64,000 bases of DNA from positions 64,819,791 to 64,883,790 of the forward strand of contig NC_052158.1 of NCBI RefSeq assembly GCF_902713615.1, in the 5' to 3' direction. The notes beneath the pieces are model-generated. The model was not told the DNA's origin, made no database searches, and saw nothing but the letters and a program-made list of their open reading frames with translations. Below, in pieces: positions 1-11,505 of the stretch; the first letter of the stretch is position 1, and each line of letters opens with the position of its first letter. The position numbers and the translations under genes are program-made. The stretch is from Scyliorhinus canicula (lineage: Eukaryota).

Positions 1-232
1 GGTAGCCTATAGACTACTCCTATCAGTGACTTTTTCGCCTTACCATTCCTGATTTCCACCCAAATGGATTCAACCTTATCCTCCATAGCACCGATGTCAT
101 CCCTTACTATTGCCCGAATGTCATCCTTAAATAACAGAGCTACACCACCTCCCTTACCATCCACTCTGTACTTCCGAATAGCTTCATACGCTTGGATATT
201 TAACTCCCAGTTGTGACCATCCTTTAACCATG
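1..232 (-). mobile_element. CR1-clade LINE fragment, AP-endonuclease region
   Basis: Minus-strand translation TWLKDGHNWELNIQAYEAIRKYRVDGKGGGVALLFKDDI...ESIWVEI...LIGVVYR is typical of CR1 ORF2 EN. Confidence 0.75.
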
Positions 233-249
233 TAAAACGTTACTTGTCA

Positions 250-2458
250 AGGTGGGACTGGAACCCTGCCTTCCAGAGGTAATCTCAGAGGATCAGACAG
301 GCTTTGTTGAGGGTTGACAATTGTTGGCCAATATATGTCGTTTGCTAAATGATGTTGTCCTTTCTCCCTCCTCAGTGCCCAAACCGGGGGTAATTGTTTC
401 CCTGGATGCCGAAAAAGGAGTGGAGTGGGAGTATCTGTTGAGATTCCTGAGAGGTTTGGATTAGGCCACCAGTTTATTTCCTGAAGTTGACTACTGTATA
501 GCAAATACTGCTGGTATTTGTTTGAATGCCCTGAGCTCTAGTTACTTTCTATTGAATGGTGGCACGATACAGGGCTGTCCACTCTCCGGTCTTGTTTACT
601 TTGGCAATAGACCGCTCACTTTAGTGCTGAGGTCCTCTATTAACTGAAATGGGATGAAGTGGAGAGGGATGAGGGATCAGGTATCCCTTTATGCAGATTA
701 CCTACTTCTCTATGTTATGGACCCAGTACCTCCATAGATGAGATAATGAAGCTACTTAGTTGTTTGGTTACACGTTGAACTTGGACAAGAGTGAACGTTT
801 CCCGGTCAACCCCCTCGGGGAGGAGAGCCCAACTGGAGAAGTTACCTTTTCCCCTTGTCAAGGCTAACGTTTGTTATCTGGGGGTCTGGATGGCACACAG
901 TTGGGCCTTGTGACATAAATTAAATGACACTAACCTGGTTGACCACGTCAAGTCTGGGCATTCAAGGTGAGGTAAGCTCCCCATGCGCTTGGCAGGTAGG
1001 GTTCAGATTATTAAAATGAACGTGCTCCCAAGATGTTTATTATTTTTTCAACGTCGCCACGTTTTTATCCCCAAGTCCTTTTTGGTCAAAGTCCACAAAT
1101 TAATGTCCTCCTTTATCTGGACGGATAAGACTCCAAGGATCTGTGGGGCGTTGCTTCAAAGGAACAAACAGTCAGGGGGCTTGGCTCTACCCAATTTATT
1201 GTTTTATTTTTGGGCAGCCAATATTCAGATATTGTTGTGGTTCAGCGATCCTGGTCCCATATGGGGACAAATGGAAGCGAACTCCTGCATGTTTCTTAAC
1301 CTTGCGCAATAGTTACTGCATCATTGCCTTTCTCTCCAGTGAGATTTTCCCTGAATCCAGAGGTGGTCTCCACCCTGAGAATCTGGAAGTAGTTCGGGCA
1401 GCATTTCAATCTCTGTTCCATGTCTTCAGTGGCCTCCATCTGCAACGACCTTTTTCTGCCAGTCGGTTTGGACTTGATGTTAGAGGGGAAGTGCCTGGTG
1501 AGGTTTGGTGACCTCTTTGTGACAGGGAGGTTTGCTAGTTTTAAAGAGTTAGTGGAGAAATTCCAACTGCCTGGCTCGATCCTTTTCGGGTATTTTCACA
1601 TTGTTTTTTCGCGCAAGGCTTTTTCCTCCTTTGCCTTGTCGCCGCTCTCTTCCCTGTTGAAGAGGATTTTGACCTTGGCCGGGTCTGATGGGTGGACTAT
1701 TTAGAGCATATATGGCCATAAATTCTCAGCGAAGTTAGCTCCGTTGAGTGAGGGGAGGACAAAATAGGAGGGTGAATTGAGTTCCATTCTGGATGTTGAG
1801 GTATGGAGTGAGGCCCTTCAAAGGTCAATCACATGTCTTCATGTGCTCGGCTCAGCTGATTCAATTCAAGGTGGTGCACAGGGCGCATCTGACTAAAGCG
1901 AGATGAATGGATTCTTCTTTGGGGTGGAGGACGTATGAGCGTTGCTCTTGGGATCCGGCTAACCATACTCATATATTCTGGTCCTGTCCCAAATTGGTAA
2001 GCTTCTGGGCCTCTTTCTTTAACACCATGTTGGAGACATTCAATGTTGATTTGGATCCTTGTCTGCCGGTGGCCATATTTGGGGTATCAGACCCATCGGT
2101 GTTTCAGTTGGGGGTGAAGGCGGATGTCCTCGCCTTCGCCTTGTTGATAGCCTTGAGACGAGTTCTGCTTAGGTGGAAGTCTTCTACTCCACCTAATGTC
2201 TCGTCTTGGTTGGATGACCTCATGTCTTTACATTTAGAGAATGTTAAGTACGCCATTTGAGAGGTGGTGGAAGGGTTCTGCTAAGAAGCAGACATTAAAT
2301 TCCTTTTTTAAGGAGCTGGTCCCCATCAGCTGTTAGGGGGGTTAGTTTAGTTCTTTTAACTTAAAGTTGATTAGTGTATTTGCTTGTTTGTCTCTTTCTT
2401 CTAGTGTGTATTTTTGGTTGATTGTTTTGTTTAATATAAAAAACATTTTTATAAACAT
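250..2458 (+). mobile_element. L1-clade LINE, 5'-truncated and decayed (RT to 3' end)
   Basis: Frameshifted ORF2 pieces: EDQTGFV, LAGRVQIIKMNVLPR, GGLALPNL, C-terminal C..C....H.FW.C zinc knuckle. RT motif degenerated to YADY. A/T-rich tail. Confidence 0.85.
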
Positions 2459-2469
2459 TCCTTTTTGAC

Positions 2470-3215
2470 AGATGCCCTTTGGCCCTCGTGTCTGTGCTGG
2501 CCTTCAAGCATCTGTCTAATCTAGTTCCATTTTCCAGCATTTGGTCCATAGCCATGTATGCTATGGCATTTCAAGTGCTCATCTAAATGCTTCTTAAATG
2601 TTGTGAGGGTTCCCACCTCTATCACCCTTNNNNNNNNNNNNNNNNNNNNNNNNNNNNNNNNNNNNNNNNNNNNNNNNNNNNNNNNNNNNNNNNNNNNNNN
2701 NNNNNNNNNNNNNNNNNNNNNNNNNNNNNNNNNNNNNNNNNNNNNNNNNNNNNNNNNNNNNNNNNNNNNNNNNNNNNNNNNNGGTGAAGGTATTTCCTAA
2801 GATCCCCTCTAAATCCCTTGCTCCTTAACTTAAATCTATGCCCCCTGGTTATTGACCCCTCTACGACGGGGAATTGTTTCTTCCTATCTAACCAATCTGT
2901 ATCCATTATAATTTTGTACACCTCAATGACGTCTCCCCTCCGTCTTCTCTACTGTAATGAAAACAATCCCAGCCTATGCAGCCTCTCTTCATCGCTGATA
3001 TGCTCCAGCCCAAGCAACATTCTTGTGAATCTCCCCCCCCCCCCCCCTTTCTGTTGCAATCACATCTTTCCTATAGTGTGGTGACCAGAACTGTGCACAG
3101 TACTCCAGCTGTGGCCTAAAGAGCATTTTATACAACTCCATCATAACCTCCTTGTTCTTATATTCTATGCCTTGGCTAATAAAGGCAAATATCCCTTCTT
3201 AACCAGCTTCTGTTT
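2470..3215 (-). mobile_element. CR1 LINE 3' fragment, interrupted by the assembly gap
   Basis: Minus ORF ...EGSITRGHRFKLRSKGFRGDLRK is typical of the CR1 C-terminus, followed by a CR1-like 3' UTR. Confidence 0.7.
2630..2782. other. Assembly gap (153 N)
   Basis: Run of N. Confidence 1.
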
Positions 3216-3228
3216 CTTCACATTATAG

Positions 3229-3374
3229 AGACCAACGGCAAAAGAGCTTCTGAAGCACAAATATATCCAGCGCTACACGAAGAAAACTTCCTACCTAACG
3301 GACCTAATCGATCGCTACAAGCGCTGGAAATCTGAGGGTCATGGCGAGGAGTCTAGCTCTGAAGACTCGGACCT
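3229..3374 (+). CDS. STK25: STK25 internal exon (end of kinase domain / linker), 146 nt, phase 0 to 2
   Basis: tag|AGA...GAC CT|gtaagc. Encodes RPTAKELLKHKYIQRYTKKTSYLTDLIDRYKRWKSEGHGEESSSEDSD(L); RWKSEGHGEESSSEDSD is characteristic of STK25/YSK1 rather than STK24/26. Confidence 0.95.
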
Positions 3375-3854
3375 GTAAGCATATGGACTTCCTGGGGTGA
3401 AGGGGTGGGGGCAGCATGACCCTAACTGACCAAATTGGAGCGTGTGGGACAGTATTCAGTCTGACCTGAAATGTTATAGCTGTTCAGGAATGCCGTTATC
3501 ATTTCAAGGTGCATTTGCTTTGCTTTACTTCCACTTTCTGGTCACTTTCATTCTCCGGACATATCTCCGTATTTCCGTAATCTGTTCCTTTTGTTTCAGA
3601 GTGTTGGTTTAGAATTTTTAAAAAATCTTTGCAAGTCTCAGTGCAAACTGTGTTGCAGCCTGCAACAAGCTAAACTTTACCCACATAAACATGCAACAGC
3701 ACTTGTATTACAAAATCTGCAAAATGGGTGTGTAAATGGCAATGAATTTCAATACAGGTAAATGTCAGGTGATATAGTTTGGCAGGAGAAATAAAGACTG
3801 ACCCATATTTTTAGAGGAATTGAATTGAAAAGCATAGCAATTATGTTAAAAGTA

Positions 3855-4185
3855 ATGGGAGATGGTAGAGTAATAATAATGTTGCGGGTAAGTATTCCAG
3901 AGTCCAAGGCTAATACTCCAGGGCCACAAATTCAAATCCCACCAAAGCAGCTGGTGGAATTTAGATTAAAAACAGTTATTATAAAGCAGGCATCAGTTTC
4001 ATGGTCACCATTACTATTGCCAATTGTTATTAAAAATCCATCTGGTTCACTAACATATTTTAGGGAAGGAAATCTGCCAGCCTTACCTGGTCTGGCCTAC
4101 CGGTGACTCTAGATTCAGAGCAACGTGGTTCACTCTCAGCAAGGGCAAGCCACTCGTATCACGGGTGATTAGAAATGGGCAATAA
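3855..4185 (+). mobile_element. Old shark SINE-like repeat (SacSINE/Deu-type 3' region), target of the L1 at 4186
   Basis: ggttcaaatcccacc-like B-box and the recurrent shark repeat end gggatgggcaataaatgct, split by the L1. Confidence 0.5.
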
Positions 4186-5583
4186 GTGCTTGCCCATCTT
4201 TATCCCTAGGGCCTTTTTTAAAAGGGTGACCAGAGCATCATGGGATTTGTTTGGGCGCATGGCACCCCGAGGGTGAAGAGGGTCTTCTTGGAGCGGAGTA
4301 GAGATGGGGGGGGGGGGGGGGGGGGCTGGCGTTGCCCAACCTCTCTGGGTACTACTGGGCGGCCAACGTGTCGATGGTGCGTAAGTGGGTGATGGAGGGG
4401 GAGGGGGCAGCATGGAAACGGATGGAGAGAGCGTCCTGTGGAGATACAAGCCTGGGGGCCCTGGTAACGGCACCATGGCCGCTCCCTCCCACGAGGTATA
4501 CCACGAGTCCGGTGGTGGCGGCTACCCTCAAGATTTGGGGGCAGTGGAGGCGACATAAGGGAGAAGTGGGGGGCTCGATGGAGGCTCCGTTAAGGGGGAA
4601 CCATAGGTTCGTCCCGGGATCATGGATGGGGGATTTCAGGGATGGCACAGAGTGGGCATCAGACAGCTGAGGGACCTGTTTATCGACGGAAGGTTTGCGA
4701 GCCTGGGGGAGTTGGAGGAGAAATTTGGGCTCCCGCCAGGAAACATGTTTAGATATCTGCAGGTAAAGGCATTTGCTAGACGGCAGGTGGAGGGATTCCC
4801 TGCGCTCCCCACAAGGGGGGTGAGTGACAGGGTGCTCTCGGGGGTCTGGGTCGGGGAGGGGAAGATATCCGATATCTACAAGCTTATGCAGGAGGTGGAA
4901 GAGGCGTCAGTAGAGGAGCTGAAAACGAAGTGGGAGGGGGAACTGGGGGAACAGATCGAAGACGGGACATGGGCTGATGCCCTGGAGAGGGTAAATTCTT
5001 CCTCCTCGTGTGCGCGGCTTAGCCTCATTCAATTCAAGGTGCTGCATAGGGCCCACATGACTGGGACGAGGATGAGTAGGTTCTTTGGGGGTGAAGATAG
5101 GTGTGTCAGGTGCTCGGGAGTCCAGCGAACCATGCCCATATGTTCTGGGCATGCCCGGCATTGGAGGAGTTCTGGAAGGGGGTGGCGAGGACGGTGTCAA
5201 GGGTGGTGGGATCCAGGGTCAAGCCAGGATGGGGACTCGCGATCTTTGGGGTTGGGGTAGAGCCGGGAGTGCAGGAGGCGAAAGAGGCCGGTGTGCTGGC
5301 CTTTGCGTCCCTAGTAGCCCGGCGAAGGATTTTGCTACAATGGAAGGACGCGAGGCCCCCAAGCATGGAGACCTGGATCAATGACATGGCGGGCTTCATT
5401 AAGCTTGAGAAGGTCAAATTCGCCCTGAGAGGATCGGTGCAAGGGTTCTTTAAACGGTGGCAACCTTTCCTCGACTTTCTGGCTCAACGATAGGGTACTG
5501 GGACAGTAGCAGCAGCAACCCGGGGGGGGGGGGGGGGGGGGGGGGGGGCGTTGATTATGTTTGTTTATTTTTTTAAAAAAAGG
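4186..5583 (+). mobile_element. L1-clade LINE, 5'-truncated (ORF2 C-terminal part + 3' UTR), with TSD
   Basis: LALPNL, FKVLHRAHMT, zinc knuckle and KFALRGSVQGF end. Direct repeat aatgggcaataa at 4174-4185 and 5584-5595. Confidence 0.9.
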
Positions 5584-5619
5584 AATGGGCAATAAATGCT
5601 ATGTTCCCAGGGGAACACT

Positions 5620-6530
5620 GAGATGGTGGGGGCACTGAACCAATATTTTGCCTCTATCTTCAAGGCAGAGGATAAGAAACAATTTCCCAAAACTGCAATT
5701 AATGAAGAAGAACTTGGTGCAATAACCATCACTAGGGAGAAGATATTGAATAAACTAATGGGATTAAAGGCAGATAAGTCTCCGGCATCTGTTGCCTAGA
5801 CCCAAGGGCCCAAGAGTATTAAAGGAGGTGGCAGTAGAGAAAGTGGATTTATTGGTTGGCTATGATATTTCAAAATTCCCTGTATTCTGGAAAGGTCGCA
5901 GTAGATTGGAAACACGCTAATGTGACGCCCCTATTCAAAAAGTGAGAGGCAAAACGTAGGACACTATAGACCAGTTAGCTTGACCTTGGTGGTGGGGAAG
6001 TTGCTGGAATCAATCATTAAGGTGGAGATGACTGAACATTTTGAAAGACAAAGTTCAATCTACCATTGTCAGCATGGTTTTATGAAGCGTTAGTCATGCT
6101 TGACAAACTTGTTTGAGTTCTTTGAGGATGTCACCAGCAAGGTGGATAATGGGGAATATGTGGATGTGGCATATCTAGATTTCCACAAAACCGTTGACAA
6201 TATCCCACATAAAAGAGTGATCCAGAGGTGAGATGGCAGGAGATTGGGGGTAGAATACTAGATTGGATTGAGGATTGGCTGACTGATAGAAAGCAGAGGG
6301 TGGGAAAAATCAATCCTTCTCTGGCTAGCGATCTGTAACTAGTGGGATACCGCAGGGTTCAGTCCTCGGACATCAACTGTTTACAATCTATATCAATGAT
6401 CTGCAAGCAGGGACAGAGAGTAACAGCAAAATTTGTGGTGATACTAAAATAGATGGGAAAGGAGGCAGTGAAGAGAAGATATAATTTACAGACAGATATA
6501 GATAGGCTAGGAGAATAGGCCAAAGAAAAT
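5620..6530 (+). mobile_element. CR1 LINE RT fragment, decayed
   Basis: LNQYFAS, LMGLKADKSPG, YRPVSLT, QHGF, DFHK.FD and PQGSVLG motifs, with frameshifts. Confidence 0.8.
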
Positions 6531-6626
6531 TGAGACTATATTAGGGAGGAAAAATATGCCCTTTGTGAGACTAGAGTTAGCTGTGCTGCTGCAGTCACCA
6601 AGAAGATGCCATAATTACTGTTCTGT

Positions 6627-6859
6627 AGGGCAGCACGGTGGCGCAGTGGGTTAGCCCTGCTGCCTCACGGCGCCGAGGTCCCAGGTTCGATCCCGGCTCT
6701 GGGTCACTGTCCGTGTGGAGTTTGCACATTCTCCCCGTGTTTGCGTGGGTTTCGCCCCCACAACCCAAAGATGTGCAGGGTAGGTGGATTGGCCACGCTA
6801 AATTGCCCCTTAATTGGAAAAATGAATTGGGTACTCTAAATTTATTTTAAAAAATAAAA
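6627..6859 (+). mobile_element. tRNA-derived V-SINE (HE1-like head), A-tailed short form, 16-bp TSD
   Basis: A/B boxes (tggcgcagtgg, ggttcgatccc), V-domain and A-rich tail. Perfect TSD ataattactgttctgt at 6611-6626 and 6860-6875. Confidence 0.9.
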
Positions 6860-7540
6860 ATAATTACTGTTCTGTTCATTCTAGTCACTGATGTTCATTC
6901 CAGCGCTAGTGTTACTGTAGTGAGCACGTTCTTTTTGTTTCAAACTATTTTCTTCACACCTACTCTTCCCTCGACCACAAGGTGTTGCCTTCCTTGTTCA
7001 AGGACAGTTCCAGTATCCAGGGATCTATTCTTTCCACATAAACATGAACAAAGAACTTGGACAGGTTTGTCCAACAGTGAAGGGCATTACAGCCAAATCA
7101 CGTTCCATCCTTGCCTGTCATCGCCAATCGCACTGCCAAAAGCTGGACAGCAATAGGGCATGCAACTGTTTTGGATACTTCTTCCCTAACTGCAGGGTTC
7201 TGTGGCCAATTGTACACTGCTTGATCTAACATCAGCTGACTCACCATTGACCCATGATTGCACCTGCGAGATTGCTGGTTTTTATGTTTCGGGCCCGTGA
7301 CTTGACCTTTTGGACTTTAAAAGCCCTCATGGCCGCTATCATGTCCCTAAATGCCTTTGGTGTGAAGCGGGACCTTAGCCAAGAGTCATACTGGGGGAGT
7401 TGATTCAGAGACAAAGCAGCTTTCTTCAAGGGGAGGAAGGGTGTGTGAGTGACTAGAAATAACGAAGCTAATCTATAAACTGAAGAGCCCTGTATGGGTA
7501 GATCTGAGCACGTTCACAGTTACCGACTATCTGTTTGCAG

Positions 7541-7652
7541 GGAGGCTGATGGAGATGAGCGGGATCAGTGCCCAGTTTGGACTTTCCCCACTGTACGTCC
7601 CAGCACTTTGAGCAAGCTACAAAACGGAATGCCTGTTCTGAGTTCTCCCAAG
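7541..7652 (+). CDS. STK25: STK25 internal exon, 112 nt, phase 2 to 0
   Basis: ctgtttgcag|G GAG GCT...CCC AAG|gtaagt. Encodes EADGDERDQCPVWTFPTVRPSTLSKLQNGMPVLSSPK; phase fits both neighbours. Confidence 0.92.
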
Positions 7653-8086
7653 GTAAGTCTGTGCACCGATCTACTTCCATCACCCTCTCGCACTGACGTT
7701 GTTGTGTTTAGCAGCCCAGCACTTTCCTGCAGTGATGTATTATTTTGTTACAAGGACCGCAGGATAGAATGTAATAGGTGTACTGCCTCCTAGCAACCCT
7801 GTACTCCCATTGCTATCATGGGATGAAAGGTAATGAAGTACATTTTCATTTTCTCACACTGGGCAAAACATAGAGGGGAGAATCAGATAGTGGAGCAAAA
7901 TCCTTCCTGCCTGACACTCCACCGTGCTTTGCATTCAAGTGCCAGAGACACAAATCTATCCTGATATTTGCTGCAATGTGGAAATAATATAGCTGACAGT
8001 CCCATTCCACTCAGTTTTTCATGACTATATTTTACAGCACATTACTGTAAAGATTTTCATAAGCTCCATCGTCACACCAATGTTCT

Positions 8087-8192
8087 TTAATACCCACTAG
8101 ACATGGGCACCTTACTTATAAACTAACACGACGGGGAGGGGGGCAGGGCGTTAATACCCACTAGACATGGGCACCTTACTTACAAACTAACA
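8087..8192 (+). repeat. 42-bp direct repeat (2 copies, 1 mismatch, 22-nt G-rich spacer)
   Basis: ttaatacccactagacatgggcaccttactta(t/c)aaactaaca at 8087-8128 and 8151-8192. Confidence 0.9.
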
Positions 8193-8269
8193 TGGCTCGG
8201 CGTGTGTGGGGGGGGGGTACATGTAGAAAAACGGCCCACGGTCAAATGTCACACGAGCATAATTAGATT

Positions 8270-9560
8270 AAAATGGGCATCAAAGGTTTGGGGAGTCGTG
8301 GCTAAAGGCTTGACCACAGATATGTGTTTGAAAAGTGGTCTTAAATGAGGAGAGAAAGATGGAAGGGCTGAGAGAGGGAATTTCAGAGCTTGTGGCCTAG
8401 GCCTCTGGAAGTACAGCCACAAAGAAAAGGGAAACAAGAGGTAGGAGTGTGAAGAATGGGGAGTTCTGGATTGGAGGGGGGCATTACAAGATAAGAGGAG
8501 GTTGCGGAAATATGGAAGGGAAAGGCAATGAAGGGATTAAGAATGAGTTTGTTCATTTTAAATTGGAGGCATTGGGGGGGGGGGGGGGGGGGGAAGGAGG
8601 CAACACAGATCAGTGATGATTCAGGCAATGGTGAGTGCGGCTTAATGAAGGATAGGATATCAGCATTCTGGCGGCAGAGTTTTGTGTGCACTGGTTTACA
8701 GAGTGCGCAGGAGAGATCCGGGCAGGAGAGCATTGGAATCATCGAGACTAGAGCTGACAAAGGCATGGAGGAGAGTTTTAGGAGCAGATGGGCTGAGGCT
8801 GTGGTAAGGACAGATGGGAAATAGGTCTCAGAGTTGGTTTTGGTGAAGAAATAGGGTCAGGGTCTCCGTTGGATGCATAAAATATGTCATGGTTGATAAT
8901 GGTCTAGTTCAACCTGAAGCAAAGGTTAAGGGAAGGAATAGAATCAGTAGTGAGCGTATGGCGTTTGTGTTGGGGACTGAAGGTAATGGATTCTGTCTTA
9001 TCGATGTTTAACTAGAGAAAAATGCAGCTCACTCAAGATTGGATGCTGGAAGAGGAGTCTGTTAACACCGTCGAGAGGCCGAGAAGTGATCTTATGGATC
9101 AAGACCGAGCTCTTATGTTGTCAGCGTGCATGTGGAAAGTGGCTTTATTTCATTGGATGGTGTTGCCTGTAAATGGATGAGGAAGGATAGACCTTTGGGG
9201 ACCTCAGGAAAATAAGCTGTTTCCGGAGTTGCTCGAACTGCAGTTAGTTAGGTACGAGTAGGTCCAGATGAACACTGTCCCACTGAGCTGGACAACAATG
9301 GAAAAGGAACAGCAATGGTGATGGTGAGGTTGACTGTGTCAAAGACTGAAGAGAGGAGGAGGTGGGAAAATGAACCATGCTCACAGAGGTGTCAGTCGTG
9401 ACTTTGACCAGGGCAGTTTCAATGCTGTGTTAGGAGTGCAATCCAGATTGTTGAGATTCGAGCAGTAGCAGGAAGGATGGGCACGCATTTGGAAGGCAAC
9501 AAATTCAAGGACTTGGTGTCACATCAAAAAGCCAGTTTCAAGGATGCTGGGGTGCCGATG
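8270..9560 (-). mobile_element. Old L2/CR1-superfamily LINE fragment
   Basis: Purine-rich plus strand with degenerate L2-like RT/C-terminal similarity on minus; no intact ORF. Confidence 0.4.
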
Positions 9561-9714
9561 ATTGGTGGGACAATATTTTATTTTAAGCAAATAGCTAATT
9601 TCTTATTATGATTGAGAGAATTGTGATTGCCTCTTAACTACTCCAATTACAGACTGTCATTTGTACAAGGAATGCAACCCTGACCGAGCGAGTTAACAAG
9701 TTTAATTTGTTCCA

Positions 9715-9912
9715 GGGCGGTGCAGTGGTTAGCACTGCTGCCTCACGGCGCTGAGGACCTGGGTTCGATCCTGGGCCTGGGTCACTGTTCATGTGGAGTT
9801 TGCACATTTTCCCCATGTCTGCGTGGGCCTCACTCACCCCCACAACTCAACGGTGTGCAGGGTGGGTGGATTGGCTACGCCAAATTGTCCCTTGATTGGC
9901 AGGGGGGGGGGG
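9715..9912 (+). mobile_element. V-SINE (HE1-like head)
   Basis: A/B boxes and V-domain, similar to 6627-6859. Confidence 0.8.
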
Positions 9913-10026
9913 AACTAGCTCTAGGAATAAACAGACAGGAGTGAATGTAATAGAGTAGTTGAGGTCAGAGGTGACAAATATTGCCTGAGTTTCTTTATTA
10001 TTCTTTTGTATTTTGTTTTAATGAAG

Positions 10027-10098
10027 CCCTTGGAGCCCATGAAACGACAGCCAAAATCAAAGTGTTTGACGACGCTGGTCAACCCCATGTTCAGAGAG
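10027..10098 (+). CDS. STK25: STK25 internal exon, 72 nt, phase 0 to 0
   Basis: atgaag|CCC TTG...AGA GAG|gtaatg. Encodes PLEPMKRQPKSKCLTTLVNPMFRE, similar to the start of the STK25 C-terminal dimerisation (PDCD10-binding) region. Confidence 0.92.
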
Positions 10099-10188
10099 GT
10101 AATGCAGCCACTGTATATGACCAAATGTGCTTATGTGTGTGCCTGCTTATACATGTCGGCTGAAATGCTTCTAAAGACAGCTAATATC

Positions 10189-10356
10189 GGGCCAGTTTAG
10201 CTCAGTGGGCTAGACAGCTGGTTTGTAACGCAGAACAAGACCAGCAGCGCGGGATCAATTCCCGTACCAGCTTACCCGAACAGGCGCCGGAATGTGGCGA
10301 CTAGGGGTTTTTCACAGTAACTTCATACTTGTGACAATAAAAGATTATTATTATTA
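10189..10356 (+). mobile_element. tRNA-derived SINE (non-V head) with gtgacaataaa tail
   Basis: tRNA-like head gggccagtttagctcagtggg...gatcaattcccgtaccag; tail cccgaacaggcgccgg...gtgacaataaa(tta)n. Confidence 0.85.
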
Positions 10357-10899
10357 TATGCATGGAGAACGAGGAATTATTTCCTCCTTGATTAATATCA
10401 GCGGAATATCGAGGGTGTAAGTTGATTGAATGCCTATGTTTGCTGATATCACTAAGTCCACTCTTCCCCCTCCCAGGTTTTGGTCTGGTGTGAGAACCTT
10501 CAGCACTTATCAAAAAAAGTAGCTTGCTCCCTTTGAGAGTCCTGAATGGACTGAGATCAAAGAGCAGATTTCATCAATAACCTTCACCGCCTGCAGAGAC
10601 AGAACTTGCTTTCATCCTGCAGGTATGGGCTGTAGTCATGCCTCAGCTGCTGAAGTGAAAGAACGCTGTTGTAATCCACTCCTTCCCCTTGATCGTTTCT
10701 GTCTGGACTGGATTTATATCCAGCTCCCAAAAGGGAAATAAATCCATGTTTAATGCTGCATTCCCATTTATTGGATTTTCTGTAAGCTCAAAGAATGCTC
10801 TCTGTAACCTGCAAGTAAATACGCCGCCTGGAAAATACTGAGGCACCCATACCAGGAGGCCAACTCCTGTGATTAGTCTGTGCTTCGATGGTTGATTTC

Positions 10900-11491
10900 T
10901 TCATGAATCACAAATGGAGACTGGCCGTTGGTGGAAGTACCTGCAACCCCTGACCTCGAGGGCAAAGCGATGCTGCAGAAAGGCAACATCCTGGACATCA
11001 GGCCACTTTTTCTTCAGATGCAGTGGCATCCCTACATTTCTAGCATTTTGTGTCCTTATTCTTCCACGGGTGTTGTGGACAGGGATATATTTCCAAATCA
11101 GAATAGTGTGCGACTTGGAGGGGAACCTGCAGGTGATGGTATCTGCTGCCTTTGTCCTTGTAAGTGGTAGAGATCACGCGTTTGCAAGGTGCTGTTGAAA
11201 AAAACCTTGGTGAGTTTCTGCAATGAATCGTGTATATGACGCACACTGCTGCCAGTTGTTGGTGATGGAGGGAGTGAATGTTGAAGGTGATGGATAGGGT
11301 GCCACTCAAGCCCGCTGTTTTGTTCTGGATTGTGTTGAGCTTCTTGAGTCTTGTTGGAGATGTGCTCATCTCGGCAAGTAAAGACTATTCCATTGCACTC
11401 GTGACTTTTGCCTTGCGTGTGGTTGGCAGGCTGGGGAGACAGGAGTGAGTTACTCTCCACAGAATTCCCACCTTCCTGTTGAGCTGCCATT
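10900..11491 (-). mobile_element. CR1/L2-superfamily LINE C-terminal fragment (clade uncertain)
   Basis: PTRLKKLNTIQNKTAGLSGTLS..NIHSLHHQQLAAVCVIYTIHCRNSPR resembles a LINE post-RT domain. Confidence 0.6.
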
Positions 11492-11505
11492 AACATTGTT
11501 ATTTT

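Noticed and set aside
7241-7429. 62-aa basic minus-strand ORF in an STK25 intron
   Set aside because: No recognisable homology or splice context; length is within chance expectation
8087-8192. Repeat-spacer-repeat as a CRISPR array
   Set aside because: Vertebrate intron, only two units, no cas genes
10189-10270. tRNA gene calls for SINE heads (also 6627, 36637, 41303, 41474)
   Set aside because: tRNA-like A/B boxes are fused to SINE bodies and tails; the cloverleaf is imperfect; many dispersed copies
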